From the human T2T-CHM13v2.0 reference genome, Homo sapiens, in the NCBI RefSeq assembly GCF_009914755.1, contig NC_060925.1: 64,000 nt of DNA; one strand, written 5' to 3'. Positions 1-20,623 of this stretch are shown here, piece after piece (position 1 is the first letter of the stretch; the number at the start of each line of letters is the position of its first letter). The translations under genes were made by a program, and so were the position numbers. A model generated the notes under the pieces. The model ran no database searches and was not told where the DNA came from. It saw only the letters and a program-made list of their open reading frames with translations.

Positions 1-559
1 TCTCTATCACAGTCACTGCCCAGATGCCAGGGCAGAACAGGTGGAGAGATGGATTTATGCTGTCTGGGGTTCTCCCAGACAAATATAATGGCGGGAGAGA
101 GGAGCAAGGGAGCTCAGGCTATCTGCAATGAGGTAACATGAACGACTATTCTTGTCTTTAAAATACTGTCTACCTCAAAGAGCTGTTGTAAACATTAAAT
201 GAGATATGTAATACATTTTGTATCTGTTTAATGTTTACACATTAGAAGCCTTTTGTATGTCTAATGGGTATGGTATTTCTAAATAATTTTAAAAGATATT
301 AATATGAAGGCAGAAAGTATACACCATGAAAATGATGTATACTTCATTTCCAAACAGAATGGCTTATTAAACAAAACAACTGATCAACAAAATTGCATTT
401 TCTACTTAAGATTCTTGTCAATGAAGTCACAAGCAGAAAAAAGGATACAACATTTAGACTCAATTTAACTGCTTTTAACCATTTGTGCATTGTAAAGTGC
501 TTCAAACACAAATTATCATGTGTGTTTTAGCACAACCAGCCTAAGGCTATCAGAGATAA

Positions 560-1170
560 ACCTGTCAAACTTACTGATTCACTGCAACGAGGGGAACTGC
601 ACACCAGGAGTCATGGGTATCTCACCAACCCAAAGAAAGGAGTGTCATTACAAGATTTGGGGCTAGGGTGGAGTTGAGGTGAAATTTACATCAAGCAGTG
701 TTTAAAAAGGTTCAAAATAAAGCAGGACTGTATATAAAAACGTCAACATCAGATCTGGATTGTGAAGGCTCCTCTTTCCTTGGAAACTACAAATTTAAGA
801 TAAATGTGGAAAGTTGTGTCCAGAAACCCTTAATGGGAAGCTCTGACCTGGGTTGGAAATCAAGAATGCTTCTCTACAAGGCAAGAGTGGGAAGGTTCCC
901 TCTTATTGAGAGAACTTTAAACAGCAAAATTTCTTATATATTCTATGGTTTTTGAGACCAAGGTTTCTCAGTGAATAAGAAAGCAGCAGACCTTCGTGGG
1001 GGTCGTTATGACATTATGACACATCACCATTTCCTGTTAACTCTGCAGCTGTACATCGGTGTAGTGTGGGGGAAACAAAAACAAAAAACAAAAACTTTGC
1101 AGCTGGCTTTATCTGTGTCTGTTATCCCAGCCTGATGAAAAGCAGGGCAGATTTTTATTTTCTCAGTGGG
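560..1170. mobile_element. Probable old ERV LTR fragment (MER-type), family not determined
   Basis: Sequence style resembles MER-type LTRs; recognised by eye only. Confidence 0.35.
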
Positions 1171-1326
1171 AGTTAACACTAACTTCATCATGTCTCAGAA
1201 TAGTTTTGTTTTTAAAAACATAGGTGTGAACTTGAGCTATTCTTACTTGTTCCAGTATCTCAACTAATATTCTTTTGTGTTTCTATTCATATTTGCTATG
1301 GTCATGTTCCTTAAGTTTCTGACTGA

Positions 1327-1644
<318 letters not shown>

Positions 1645-1762
1645 TATATTTCTTGCTTCCGATTTAAAAATTCTTTTTTCCAACATACCTCATGATTAAG
1701 ATCCTATTTTTTCTGGTTTCACTTTGGATCAATTGTCAGCAAGTTTGAAAACTGTACTCATA

Positions 1763-2060
1763 GGCCGGGAGGAGTGGCTCAAGCCTGTAATCCCAGCACT
1801 TTGTGAGGCTGAGGTGGGCGGATCACCCGAGGTCAGGAGTTCAAGACCTGGCCAACGTGGTGAAACCCCGTCTCTACTAAAAATACAAAAATTAGCCAGG
1901 CATGGTGGCGGGCGACTGCAATCCCAGCTATTTGGGAGGCTGAGGCAGGAGAACCGCTTGAACTCAGCGAGGCGGAGGTTGCAGTGGGCCGAGATCACGC
2001 CATTGCACTCCAGCCCGGGCAACGGGAGTCAAACTCCGTCGGGGGTGGGGGAGGGGGAGA
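1763..2060 (+). mobile_element. Alu with G-rich tail
   Basis: Alu body with TSD actgtactcat on both sides. Confidence 0.95.
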
Positions 2061-2999
2061 AAAGAACACTGTACTCATGAAATAAGAATTATTTTCAAAG
2101 GAATTAGAATGCAATTATTTTCATGGTCAAAAACAGTTGTGCTTACAGTTTTTAGACTGGATTACAGAGCAGGAAGGAAAACATGGAAAGTGAAAAACCG
2201 TATTATTTGCAAACACACATTGCTTCTTCACGGAATCGATCCAAGTCTCTTAAAATTTTGGTCTAGACTGCAGTGTTAACATTTGTTAAGCTTATAAATA
2301 GTAAGCAGAGGAAATAGCCGAGGAAAGCACGGATGAGGTGCGGAAAGAACAGAGTTCTAGATCAAGTGCCAACATTAAAATTAGATTCAGGGAAACCACT
2401 AAATTCTTTTGACAACTGAACAGGTTTAATATCTTATAGCTGGTAAAAGCTTACTTACTTGAAAGTTCAGTAAAAGCTCACGTGTAACTCTGGAAGTCCC
2501 TGGTAGGTTTTCACAAATATGCACGGACAAATGAGACCATCAAATTAATAGTGAACACTTCTACGTAACAGGCCCTAAGAACCCAGGCCCTCAACAGGAC
2601 ACACGTGTGAATGCTTGGTCACAACGACTGACCAGAAGAATCAATTTTCCTTCCCAATCATCCTTTGGCCTGGGTTTGGATATGACATACTTCTCTAGGC
2701 TGGGGCTAACAAGGCTGTGTGATGAGTGGACAAAATACACGTCACATAACCATAGTAAGAAGGTGAAGACTGGAGCCTTAAAAATCAGCCGGCCCAACTG
2801 CCAGAAGACCATTATATTTACGGATAAAGAAAGAGAAACAAAGTATTTGTAACTGTGAGCGGGACTAAGTGCCTGTAACAGTTTTTTTCTCCCTCTTGGT
2901 GGGAAGGCAAAACCACCACCACAAAAGAAAAGCAAAGGAAGGTCTCAGTAACAATTCGAAGCACCTTAACACTGAGGAACTCTCAGCCTCAACGAGTGA

Positions 3000-3900
3000 A
3001 AACCCCAGAGAATAAACGTACCCCCGCCCCGGACAGACCTACTCCGCACCCAGCGCTGCCACCTGTCTGCCTCTTTCTCCTTCCTAACAGGAACCGAAAT
3101 CCTCACCTGATCTTGGCAGTGCCGGTGGATAAAATCCCGGACGGTGCACCGACCCGAGGCACACCGCACCGCCTTGCACCCGAAGCCAGGGCCGCGAATC
3201 CACACCAGCGCCGCGGCCTCCGCCATGTCACCGACTACCCGAACCTCAAGCCTCTCTGAGACACCAGGCGCCGCAACTCGCCCGGCGCCTCTTGATGACG
3301 CGAGCATCTTCCAACGCCCCGCCCCTCACGCTTCCGTTCACTCCTCCCCTCCCCTGGGGCGGGTCAAGTGAGCCGGGCGGCGGGGCGGTGCGGGCTGGGG
3401 GAGGGGAACAGGAAAGGCCTGGCGGAGGCAGATAAGGCGGCAGAGCACGGGGCGAGGCGTTGCTAGGAGAAGTTGCTAGGGCGGGGCTCGAGGGACCGGC
3501 TATAAAAGGCTGGCGCTGGGTTAGGTTTCGAGCTTCCTGGCCGTAAGCGATAAGGCTTTAACTGAGAACCACCTTGTGCTGTAGGCTTTGGCCCTTTTCC
3601 TCACATCTGTGTAGTTATTTTTGGGTCGCGGAGAATTGTGGCCCGAGAAGGCTCTGCTCCTTGAGAGTGTGGGGAGAGAAGCTGCAGTCCCGGAAGCGGT
3701 TTTAGGGGGCCGCTTCCTTGGCCTAGAGGAGCTCCCCAACCCGAGGGGGCAAGGGAAACGACCCCCAGGAGGCCCCTAAACAGTGGCCGGCGTGGTTTCT
3801 CCTCCAGCTTTACAGAGCCTTCTCTTCCCCTCCAGAAACAGCCAACCTCCGGGTTTCTGCCTGCCACGCACGGTTTATTCTTATTTCCGCCTGTTTGTGC
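3000..3900. promoter_or_regulatory. CpG island / SDE2 promoter
   Basis: GC- and CpG-rich, with GC boxes (CGCCCCGCCCC near 3316, GGGGCGG near 3381), two GTTGCTAGG RFX-like half sites (3459-3480) and a plus-strand TATAAAAG at 3501. Confidence 0.9.
3107..3226 (-). CDS. SDE2: SDE2 coding exon 1 (codons 1-40, N-terminal ubiquitin-like domain); the remainder of the gene lies left of the window
   Basis: Translates to [40 protein letters not shown], which I recognise as the human SDE2 N-terminus. ATG context is GACATGG, and a phase-0 donor CAG|GTGAGG lies at 3107/3106. It sits in a CpG island. Confidence 0.96.
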
Positions 3901-4478
3901 ACTGCGTTATCTCCACTTCAGCTCTGTTTTCAAAATATTTCACAGCAAGTGGGCTCTTGTGAAAGGCAGTGACAGGAGTGACGTTTATAGTCATGCTGCT
4001 TCAAAAAACCCTACCATAACTTTTATTCTGCACCATGGAAACACACTCGGACAGATTTGCATAACGTAACCTTAAGGCTCAGGGAATCCGAAAGAGTCCC
4101 TTAATATTTAATAGAATGAGATTATGGTATTTCTAAAACCCTGAACAATTCAAAAGCCACCAGTGTGAAGATAGGAAGGTTATTTGGAGATATCTGTGCC
4201 TGCTAAACACAAATGCATCGGCCCACAGAATTGCCTTCTCTGCTGTTAAAATGCTTGGCAAATGGAACTCCTAGCTGAGGGGGTAACAACAAAAAATTCA
4301 GAAATCGTTTAGCGGTGGCAGTATGTGCGAAAATGGAATTTCAAGGCCTGGGAAGTTAATAGATTCAGTGGTCTTTATTTCACACACGAGGGAAAGTTGG
4401 GGAGAGAAAGGGCCTCCATGGGGATGCCAGTAGATAAATAAAAATTACAAAAAAAAAAAAATAAAGATAGATTGTACT

Positions 4479-4874
<396 letters not shown>

Positions 4875-5154
4875 TCAAGTCCCTCTGCAGTCTGCTCCCC
4901 AGCTCTCTGTCCTCCAGGTTCCTGAAAAAGTAATCTACAGATCTGAGCCTTAAGCCTCTTCTTTTTTTATTTGTGATTTCTTCCTTCTGGTGATCAAAAA
5001 TGACTATTTCAAATAAATAAATAATTTTTTTAAATGACCATTTCAAAGGTCTGAGATCCTACAAGTAACTGTATAAAGGTCAGTTTGGGTTTCCAAAACA
5101 TTTTTTGTGTCGGGATAATGCTTCGTGTCTTGTGAGGAATTATTATGATTAGTC

Positions 5155-5453
<299 letters not shown>

Positions 5454-6086
5454 TAGTACTTTCCAGTAAGGAAACTCCACATCATTTATTACTAACATTA
5501 TATTTAGTCCTCATAAAACCTGATGTCTGAATGGAATTTTTCGCTTTTTATCCCTCTGTTGCATTTAAATTCCTATTATTTAAAGAATCCCAAGTATTGA
5601 ATAGGTATTTGTCATTTAAAATATGAAATAACCATTGATATTAGCTTTTGAAAGACACAAATTTCCAAGTAATATATAATTTGTTGTTAAAACTTCAAAA
5701 TGAGCGTGTAGTACCATGACATGTACAGAGTAGATATTAAGTAAATATTAGTTGGATACTTGATGGATTACTAAGGTAGAAGTTAATTATTCTCAATGTA
5801 CATATGATGAAATATATTTTGCACTAATATAACAATCTATTGTAAGGATGCAGAATTTAACTTGGATTGCTATTAAATTCCTTTAAAGAATGAGGAAATT
5901 GAAGCATGTAAAGTTAGGGCTATGGCCAAGAACACAGTGCACATCAGTGAAAAAAAAAAAATCTAGAAAGACAGCTATTAGCTGGGTTACTATGGGTGTG
6001 TGGTAGCTTCCAGTTGACAGTGCTATGTGGCGGGGCTGATCAGTGATTATGGAAAAGAGCCAACTGCTGCTACCTTTCCCACCTCA

Positions 6087-6094
6087 TGACGTCA
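6087..6094. promoter_or_regulatory. Full CRE palindrome
   Basis: TGACGTCA in unique sequence about 2.8 kb upstream of SDE2. Function not shown. Confidence 0.3.
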
Positions 6095-6244
6095 GGGAAG
6101 GCACAGGAAGGCACGTGTGTGGTTGTGACAACTAAATGGTGAGTGGGAGGGGGGCCAGTTCCTCTATTGTCTACATAGTGTGGCCATGCTCCTCAGACTA
6201 TATTTGGTGTGCTTTCCAGTAAACCACACTGGCTTTGTTCCTGC

Positions 6245-6730
6245 CTATGTTCTCCAGAAGAATGCTCTGGCCACACATTTGCCTTTTGAGGACTGGTTCT
6301 GCTGCCGTGAGAGGGACACTGGGAGGGCATCTTGAGGCAATGTGGAATAATTGTTCACTGCCAGGAAATGACAGCACCAGACAGACAATGTTTGTGTGGC
6401 AACCCATGACAGGGGCTCAATCGAGCCAAATGTCATGCTGGTCTGCAAGAACAGGAAGCAGAACTGTATGCTGGCAATTTCCATAAACAGCAGCCACGCT
6501 CCTAAACTAGTGAATCGATATCCATGTGTGACATGCAAGTCGCACTTCTGTGTTTTCAGCCATGTTTGTGCGCAGAGAGGAAAGGTGGTTGCTAATACCT
6601 TATTTATGACAAAAGACAATGGGACAGGCTGACTCCTTCTGTGCCAGAAATGCAAAAATGCCATAAACCCCCAAATTGGCAAGTGTTGCCTTATAGATGG
6701 CTCCAGCCCCAGGGACAATGAGGTCAGCTC
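6245..6730 (-). pseudogene. Pseudo-exon with last RGS-like domain
   Basis: Acceptor tgtttttccatcctag; frame reads …GIFAFLAQKESACPIVFC. An overlapping long frame carries VATQTLSVWCCHFL. Confidence 0.5.
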
Positions 6731-7477
6731 CTAGGATGGAAAAACAGCATCTGGGTGAGAGCTGTGTAGTCCACAGCGGGTGGTGGATGGTGTGGGAGGT
6801 GGAGCCTGAAGCAAGTCCCAAGATGCTGGCTGTCAGGGAAGGCACAGCCCCGCCCTCCTTCCTTATTGGATGGAAGAAAACAGGACAATGGTGAGGTGGA
6901 GTTGAGAGGCAGAGAAGGGTTGTGTTCAGCACTGACACTGGAAAGGAGCATGAGAGGGCAGAAAAGAACACTAGGGTAGAGGTGCAGAGCAGAGATAAAA
7001 AGTTGGCCTCACAGTCAGTGCTGAGTGTAGAAGCCCACCTCTTTGTAGTATCAGCAAGACAAAAGGACCGTCCTTCAGAGTGGACTTCCGCCAATAAATT
7101 CTATCACTCCCAGTTGCTCTAGATATTACCTTGTTTGCATTATCATGACAACACTAGCTTACAAAGCCCTACTGGTTATCATTACTCTTATCATCACCAT
7201 CAAACAATGCTGTTTCATTTAAAAAATAAAATTTCTATATTATTCACTGTACTAAAACTATAAAGCAAAACTAGCATAGTGCCTATCTTCCAGAAATTTA
7301 GTATCTCAGTACTAGAATTTTTTTCAACATTGAACTTGATTTCTCTCTGGTCAATAAAAATCCATGATCCTGTTTGAATTCTGTATAGCCAAGCATTTCA
7401 AAGAGGGATTTTCTTGCTGGAGAAGTGATAGGCCTTTGGGGGTAGTTTAATTAGTTGACATTGGTGTATGTCTACTC

Positions 7478-8004
7478 TATTAGGGTTTTCCAGAGAAACA
7501 GAACCAATAGGATGAATGGATGGATGAATAGACAGATAGATCAATAAATACATAGATAGATAATAAGGAATTGGCTCACATGATTATGGAGGCTGACAAG
7601 TCCCAAGATCTGCAGGGTGAGTCGGCAAGCTGGAGACCCAGGAGAGCTAATGGTGTAGTTCCCACAAGAAGGCCAGCAGACTGGAGAACTAAGAAAGAGT
7701 CTGTGTTTTAGTTCAAGTCCTCAAGTCCAAAGGCAGGGAAAAGCTGATGTCTCAGTTCAAAAGGAGTCAGGCAGGAGGAGTTCTCCTTTACTGGGGCAAG
7801 TGTCAACCATTTTGTTCTATTCAGGCCTTCAACTGATTGGATGTGGTCCACCCACATTAGGGGAGGCAACCTGCCTTACTCAGTCTACTGATTCAAATGT
7901 TAACCTCATCCAAAAACACCCCAAAGGAACACCCAGAATCATGTTTGACCAAACATCTGGGCACATGATGGCCCAAGCAAGTTGACATAAAATTAACCAT
8001 CATA
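7478..8004. mobile_element. MLT2-family (ERVL) solo LTR
   Basis: tattagggttttccagagaaacagaaccaatagg … aagttgacataaaattaaccatca termini. Confidence 0.85.
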
Positions 8005-8011
8005 TCCACTA

Positions 8012-12625
<4,614 letters not shown>

Positions 12626-12738
12626 TAATGTATTTCAGACAGAGGGTAAGACAAGCTGCTTTATGTACAAAAAACAATTTCCTCCTTGTTAGTGTAATGT
12701 GACATTTAATTAAATACCTCACTTTTCTTTTTAATTAC

Positions 12739-12772
12739 CTGTAGCCTTTGAATACAGACAACCTACATCATT
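12739..12772 (-). pseudogene. Small pseudo-exon NDVGCLYSKAT
   Basis: Acceptor ccttcttattcag and donor CAG|GTAATT, with an 85-nt intron to the previous exon. Open in phase 0. Confidence 0.55.
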
Positions 12773-12857
12773 CTGAATAAGAAGGTAAGGATAGGAACGA
12801 TACAAAAATTCTCTCATTTTCCATAAATTAGTAGAGGGTTTTCCTTAGAATATTTAC

Positions 12858-12981
12858 CAGAAATCTAGAATCCATGTATTTGGGCTGTGTAAAGGATTCA
12901 TAAAGAACATGAAATGCATAGTCACTGTCGAAGTCCTCTGGACATTGATAGAAGGAAAGGCATAATGCGCATCATGTGCTG
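12858..12981 (-). pseudogene. Pseudo-exon ST*CALCLSFYQCPEDFDSDYAFHVLYESFTQPKYMDSRFL
   Basis: Acceptor tttcatctcctaacag and donor CTG|GTAAAT. Confidence 0.6.
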
Positions 12982-13094
12982 CTGTTAGGAGATGAAACAA
13001 ATCTATATACAGGCTCCAGATTCTATGAAGGTTAAATCAGAGCGGCATCTCCCAAAGTGCACTCCAGAAAACCCTAGACCACAATGCGCTGTTA

Positions 13095-13990
<896 letters not shown>

Positions 13991-14195
13991 CCTATACCAT
14001 GTGCCCTCTTTTAGAGATTCACAAAATTTATTAACATAGTAAAAGCCCTGAGAAATTTTATTTTGTTTGTTTAATCCAGTATTTTGCAAACTTAATTGAC
14101 TATGGAACTTCTTTTCAAGTCACACCTAATAGTATGCCCTAAGATTGGTATTCAAAGAAGTCTGAGATTGAAGTAAGGAACTATAAGTTAACTAA

Positions 14196-14602
<407 letters not shown>

Positions 14603-14778
14603 TAATTCATAAACACCCACACTCTTTTTTCTCCACACACCATCAAAATCCACTTTACTGTATCTTTTTTTCTAGTTGTTAAGACTGACGTGATGAGCTA
14701 AGTCTCCCCACCTTCTTCCACTTGGAGGATAAGGTAATTACTGAACACAGCTACCCTGTGTGTCCTCTTTATGCTCAC

Positions 14779-14862
14779 GTGCAGAGCCAATAACCACAAA
14801 GGAATTCGCTGTGTAAAGATGAAACTCTGTATCATCACAGCTCACTCTAAAGATTTAGAGAC
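14779..14862 (-). pseudogene. Pseudo-exon SLNL*SEL**YRVSSLHSEFLCGYWLC
   Basis: Acceptor catactgcag and donor CAC|GTGAGC. Confidence 0.55.
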
Positions 14863-15642
14863 CTGCAGTATGAGTGGCTTGTTCAATTCAATTTAACAAC
14901 CATTTATTTCTTACCTCCTAAGTGCAGGAAAAGAGGGATGAGAGGGAGGGAACTTGACAGAGAGACACCAGGATAAAAAAGGTAAGGGCCTACTCTCCAG
15001 ATGTTCTAAAACCATAATAAATAAAAAATCATTCTTGAAATGTCTCAGACCAGTAAATGCTATAACAGACCCACAGACACACACAAGCTACATCCCAAAG
15101 GCACTTAGGTGAGACAGAGAGACAAAGAATTGGGGTTTTGAATGGGTATGCATTGGATAGGCTGATCAGGTTAAAAAATAAAAGCATTGATGACAAACAC
15201 ACAGATGCACTTAATAGAAAGGCACTGAGGAGGAGCACGCGGTTCATTCAAGGAATGGAAAGAAGTTATTGCAAGAGCATACATAGCAGGGGAAAGGGTG
15301 AAAGCGTGGAGGATAATGGCTGAAGAGGCAGACTGGGCTTTTAACACCTGGCTGAGACATCTGGACCTCACTCCATAAGGAAGGAGAGACCACAGCAGGT
15401 TTTGAACAGAAAGGAGACATGGTCAGATCCATGCTTTAGAAAAATAACCCTAGGAGCCAGGTGTGGTGGCTCACGTCTGTAATCCTAGCACTTGGGGAGG
15501 CAGAGGCAGGCAGATTACTTGGCTCACGTCTGTAATCCTAGCACTTTGGGAGGCAAAGGCGGGCAGATTACTTGAGGTCAGGAGTTCAAGACCAGCCTGA
15601 CCAACATGGTGAAACCCCATCTCTACAAAAATACAAAAATTA

Positions 15643-15777
<135 letters not shown>

Positions 15778-16264
15778 TCAAAAAAATAAAAAAGAAAAGA
15801 AAAAGAACCCTGGATAGAGATTGAAGGCATAAATAACAACAATACTAGTCACCATTTATTGAGTAGCCATCTCTGTTTTACAAGTGTGGAAACAGACTCA
15901 GAAAGGTGAAGTGACTTAACCTAGGTCACACAGCCATAAGGTATCAGAACCAAGATTTCAACTCGGGTCTGAGTGATTCCACAGCATAAAGACCAGTCAG
16001 GCTTCTGCCAAGGTCCAGAGGGGATGAAGGCCTGCAGACAAGGGCACCAAACGAAGGAAAATGGAGGAGACCCTGAGGAAGCAGAATTGACTAAATGGCT
16101 CCCTCTTTACTCATGGGAATCTGGTGTCCTCAAAGACAAAGCACAGGCTGGGCGCGGTGGCTCACGCCTATAATCCCAGCACTTTGGGAGGCCGAGGTGG
16201 GTGGATCACGAGGTCAGGAGATCGAGACCATCCTGGCTAACACGGTGAAACCCCATCTCTACTA

Positions 16265-16534
<270 letters not shown>

Positions 16535-16538
16535 TCAC

Positions 16539-16717
16539 TACTGAGTGCCGAGTCGGAAGGCTTGGGTGGGAATATTTCCAGTGTGTCTTCATCTTCAATG
16601 TACTCCTAGCCAGGTTCTTTTTCTTTGCCTTTCCCTTTCTATAGCTGGGTTCCATGTACAGCCCGTCAATGTCTATGTCATGAATTTATAATGATATTCT
16701 GTATTATCTGCATAAAT
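16539..16717 (-). pseudogene. Pseudo-exon, RGS-like middle (IYADNTEYHYKF…TGNIPTQAFRLGTQ)
   Basis: Acceptor cattttccag, donor GTA|GTGAGT, three internal stops. Confidence 0.6.
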
Positions 16718-17013
16718 CTGGAAAATGCCTATGTGATTGTATCACAGATCCCACCGAAATAGAAAAGTCCAATGAGAAGGGCTGGATGCTGTTAGGATAT
16801 TGGTGGAACACAGATGCAGATGAAGATATTAGGCCTGCGCCTGCCATTCTGAGTTACGTTCCTTTGCGTGATTCTTGCAATTTTGGATATATATCTTGTT
16901 TGTGCATCAAAATTATTGTTTGCTGTCGATGAGGCAAGAGGGACTATGCTATAATTCTGACACTGTCTAGGATTTATTTTAGAGTAAGAGTGGCTTCTTA
17001 CAGATATCATTAC

Positions 17014-17108
17014 CTTTTCTTTGAAAGTTCAATATCCACAAGATGTAAGACATAAAGATGGGATTTCTCCATCAAATATTCCAGTTCTACTGGCTTCTTT
17101 TTCACAAT
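17014..17108 (-). pseudogene. Pseudo-exon, start of RGS-like domain (…IPSLCLTSCGY*TFKEK)
   Basis: Acceptor tatccag and donor AAG|GTAATG. Confidence 0.6.
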
Positions 17109-18073
17109 CTGGATACATATTTATGTTTCACATGTCTTAAACTTAAAAACCAGCCTTGGCTGGGCATGGTAGCTCGTGCCTATAATCCTACCACTTTGGG
17201 AGGCTGAGGCTGGAAGATCACTTGAGGCCAGGAGTTCTAAATCAGCCTGGGCATAGAGCAAGTCCGCATGTCTACAAAAAATTACAAAATTAGCCAGGCA
17301 TCGTGGCATGCATCTGTGGTCCCAGCTACTTGGGAGGCTAAGGTGGGAGGATTCCTTGAGCCCCAGAGTTTGAGGCTACAGTGAGTTATGATCACACCAC
17401 TGTATTCCAACTCTGATGACAGAGCAAGACCCTGTCCTAACCCCCCAAAAAAACACCCTCTTCCACCGTGTGCCCTTTGTCTCTTCCACTGTCAATCCGC
17501 CCCTCCCAGCCAGGTTCTGCAGAGGTTTCTCTGGGCTTGCCCTGCCCCTTTCCTTGCCCTGGCTCTGCAGCATGCCATGGTGGGCCTCTTAGCTCTCTGG
17601 CTCTGCCATCTGGATGTCCCATATGTATCTCAAGATTAATTATCTTCCCCGTAAACTTGCTTTAGCTTTTGTATTCTGTAATTCAGTGAGTGGTACCACC
17701 ATCTATCCACCTGGGCATCTAAAACAGAGTCATCCTAGATCCCATGCTTTGTCATCTCCCAAATCTAGTCAACATCCAATTGCTTCACTTCTCTCTCAGT
17801 GCCCTTCCTCTCCCAATGCTAACTCTGTGTTTCAGCCACCATGGGCTCCGGTCTGGGTGAACTTCCTACCACCATCCTCAAACCCTTCCGCCCGCACTGC
17901 ACACTGCAGCCATAGTGATCTCCCTGAAGCCAAATATAATTATGTCACTCCTGGTTGGGCACGGTGGCTCACGCCTGTAATCCCAACACTTTGGGAAGCT
18001 GAGGTGGATGGATTACCTGAGGTCAGGAGTTCGAGACCAGCCTGGCCAACATGGTGAAAGCCTGTCTCTACTA

Positions 18074-18325
<252 letters not shown>

Positions 18326-19102
18326 TCATGCTGTGCCTTGGTTCTCAAGCAGTCTCCCCACTGGGACCCTGTGCTTCAGCCATGCTGACTACCTGTGCTT
18401 CTCTGTGTTCAGCTGCTTATTCACACCTTCATGTCCTTGCTCAAATTGGACCTTTCAAGCTTCTCCTATCCCTGCCTTTCCCCAACCTTCCCCACTCTCC
18501 CTGCTATCACCGCCCATTCCTTCCTGTGTGCTCTGCTGGGAGCTTATAGAACTCTAACATAGTGCCAAGCACACTGGCCCTAGCATCTCCTTGTCTTCCT
18601 TTAGAACAGAGACTGGATCTTATGTTTCCTTTTTTTTTCTTTTCTTTTCTTTTTCTGAGACAGTTTCGCTCTTGTCTCCCAGGCTGGAGTGCAATGGCAC
18701 AATGTCAGTTCACTGCACCCTCTGCCTCCTAGATTCAAGTGATTCTCCTGCCTCAGCCTCCCCAGTAGCTAGGATTACAGGCACGCGCCACCATGCCTGG
18801 ATAATTTTTGTATTTTTAGTAGAGACGGGGGTTTCACCATGTTGGCCAGGCTGGTCTCGAACTCCTGACCTCAATGATCCACCCACTTCAGCCTCCCAGA
18901 GTGCTGGGAGTAATCACGGTGGCTGAGCCACCGTGCCTGGCTGCATCTCATATTTCTATTTCTAGCTTCTAGCACAGTGTCTAAGAGAGAGTTAATGCTC
19001 AAATAAATATTTGAGGAAGGAATATTAATTAATTTCCATTAGCTTCTTTATTGTTGGTAACTTCAAATTTTTATCTTTGGGTGAGGATAATATCCCACTT
19101 AT

Positions 19103-19176
19103 GTTTTAATTCAGCATATTTTGACCTTTCTCTCCCATTATGGTTTCCAGCTAGTAAAGGCTCTGATGTTTCTATT
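19103..19176 (-). pseudogene. Pseudo-exon IETSEPLLAGNHNGRERSKYAELK
   Basis: Long polypyrimidine acceptor ending ccccacttag and an open frame. The donor reads ATAAGT (GTAAGT with G>A). Confidence 0.5.
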
Positions 19177-19389
19177 CTAAGTGGGGTGAAAGAGGAAGCA
19201 GGAAGCAAGAAGGGAACACTTGGTTAAGATGAACCAGGTCAAGGGAAGAGGGTGATTTGGCACCAGTAATGTTACTGCAGTTTGGGGGAAAGAATGATTC
19301 CCTTTAAGACTATGAAACCCAGACAACATGGTGAAAACCCATCTCTGCAAAAGATACAAAAATTCGCCGAGGCCGGGCACAGTGGCTCA

Positions 19390-19854
<465 letters not shown>

Positions 19855-20236
19855 CTATGGAGTCAACTGCAATTGTATTTATTTATTATTATTATTTTTT
19901 GAGATGGTGTCTTGCTCTGTTGCCCGGGCTGGAGTACAGTGGCACAGTCTTGCCTCACTGCAGCCTCTGCCTCCCAGGTTCAAGTGACTCTCCTGACTTG
20001 GCCTCCCAAAGTGCTGGGATTACAGACATGTGCCACCACGCCCAGCCTGCAATTGTATTTATATTCAAATCTAATCTCAAATTATAAAAAGTTTATTACT
20101 GGGGAGTGGTTAAGAGTAGCAGAATAATCTTTATTCTTGGAAATTTTTTTGCAGAAAAATCTATGTGTGAAAAATGTTCTTACATTTAATATAGTCAAAT
20201 TTATCAGTCTTTCCTTTTCAGTTAAATACTGTTTAG

Positions 20237-20623
<387 letters not shown>

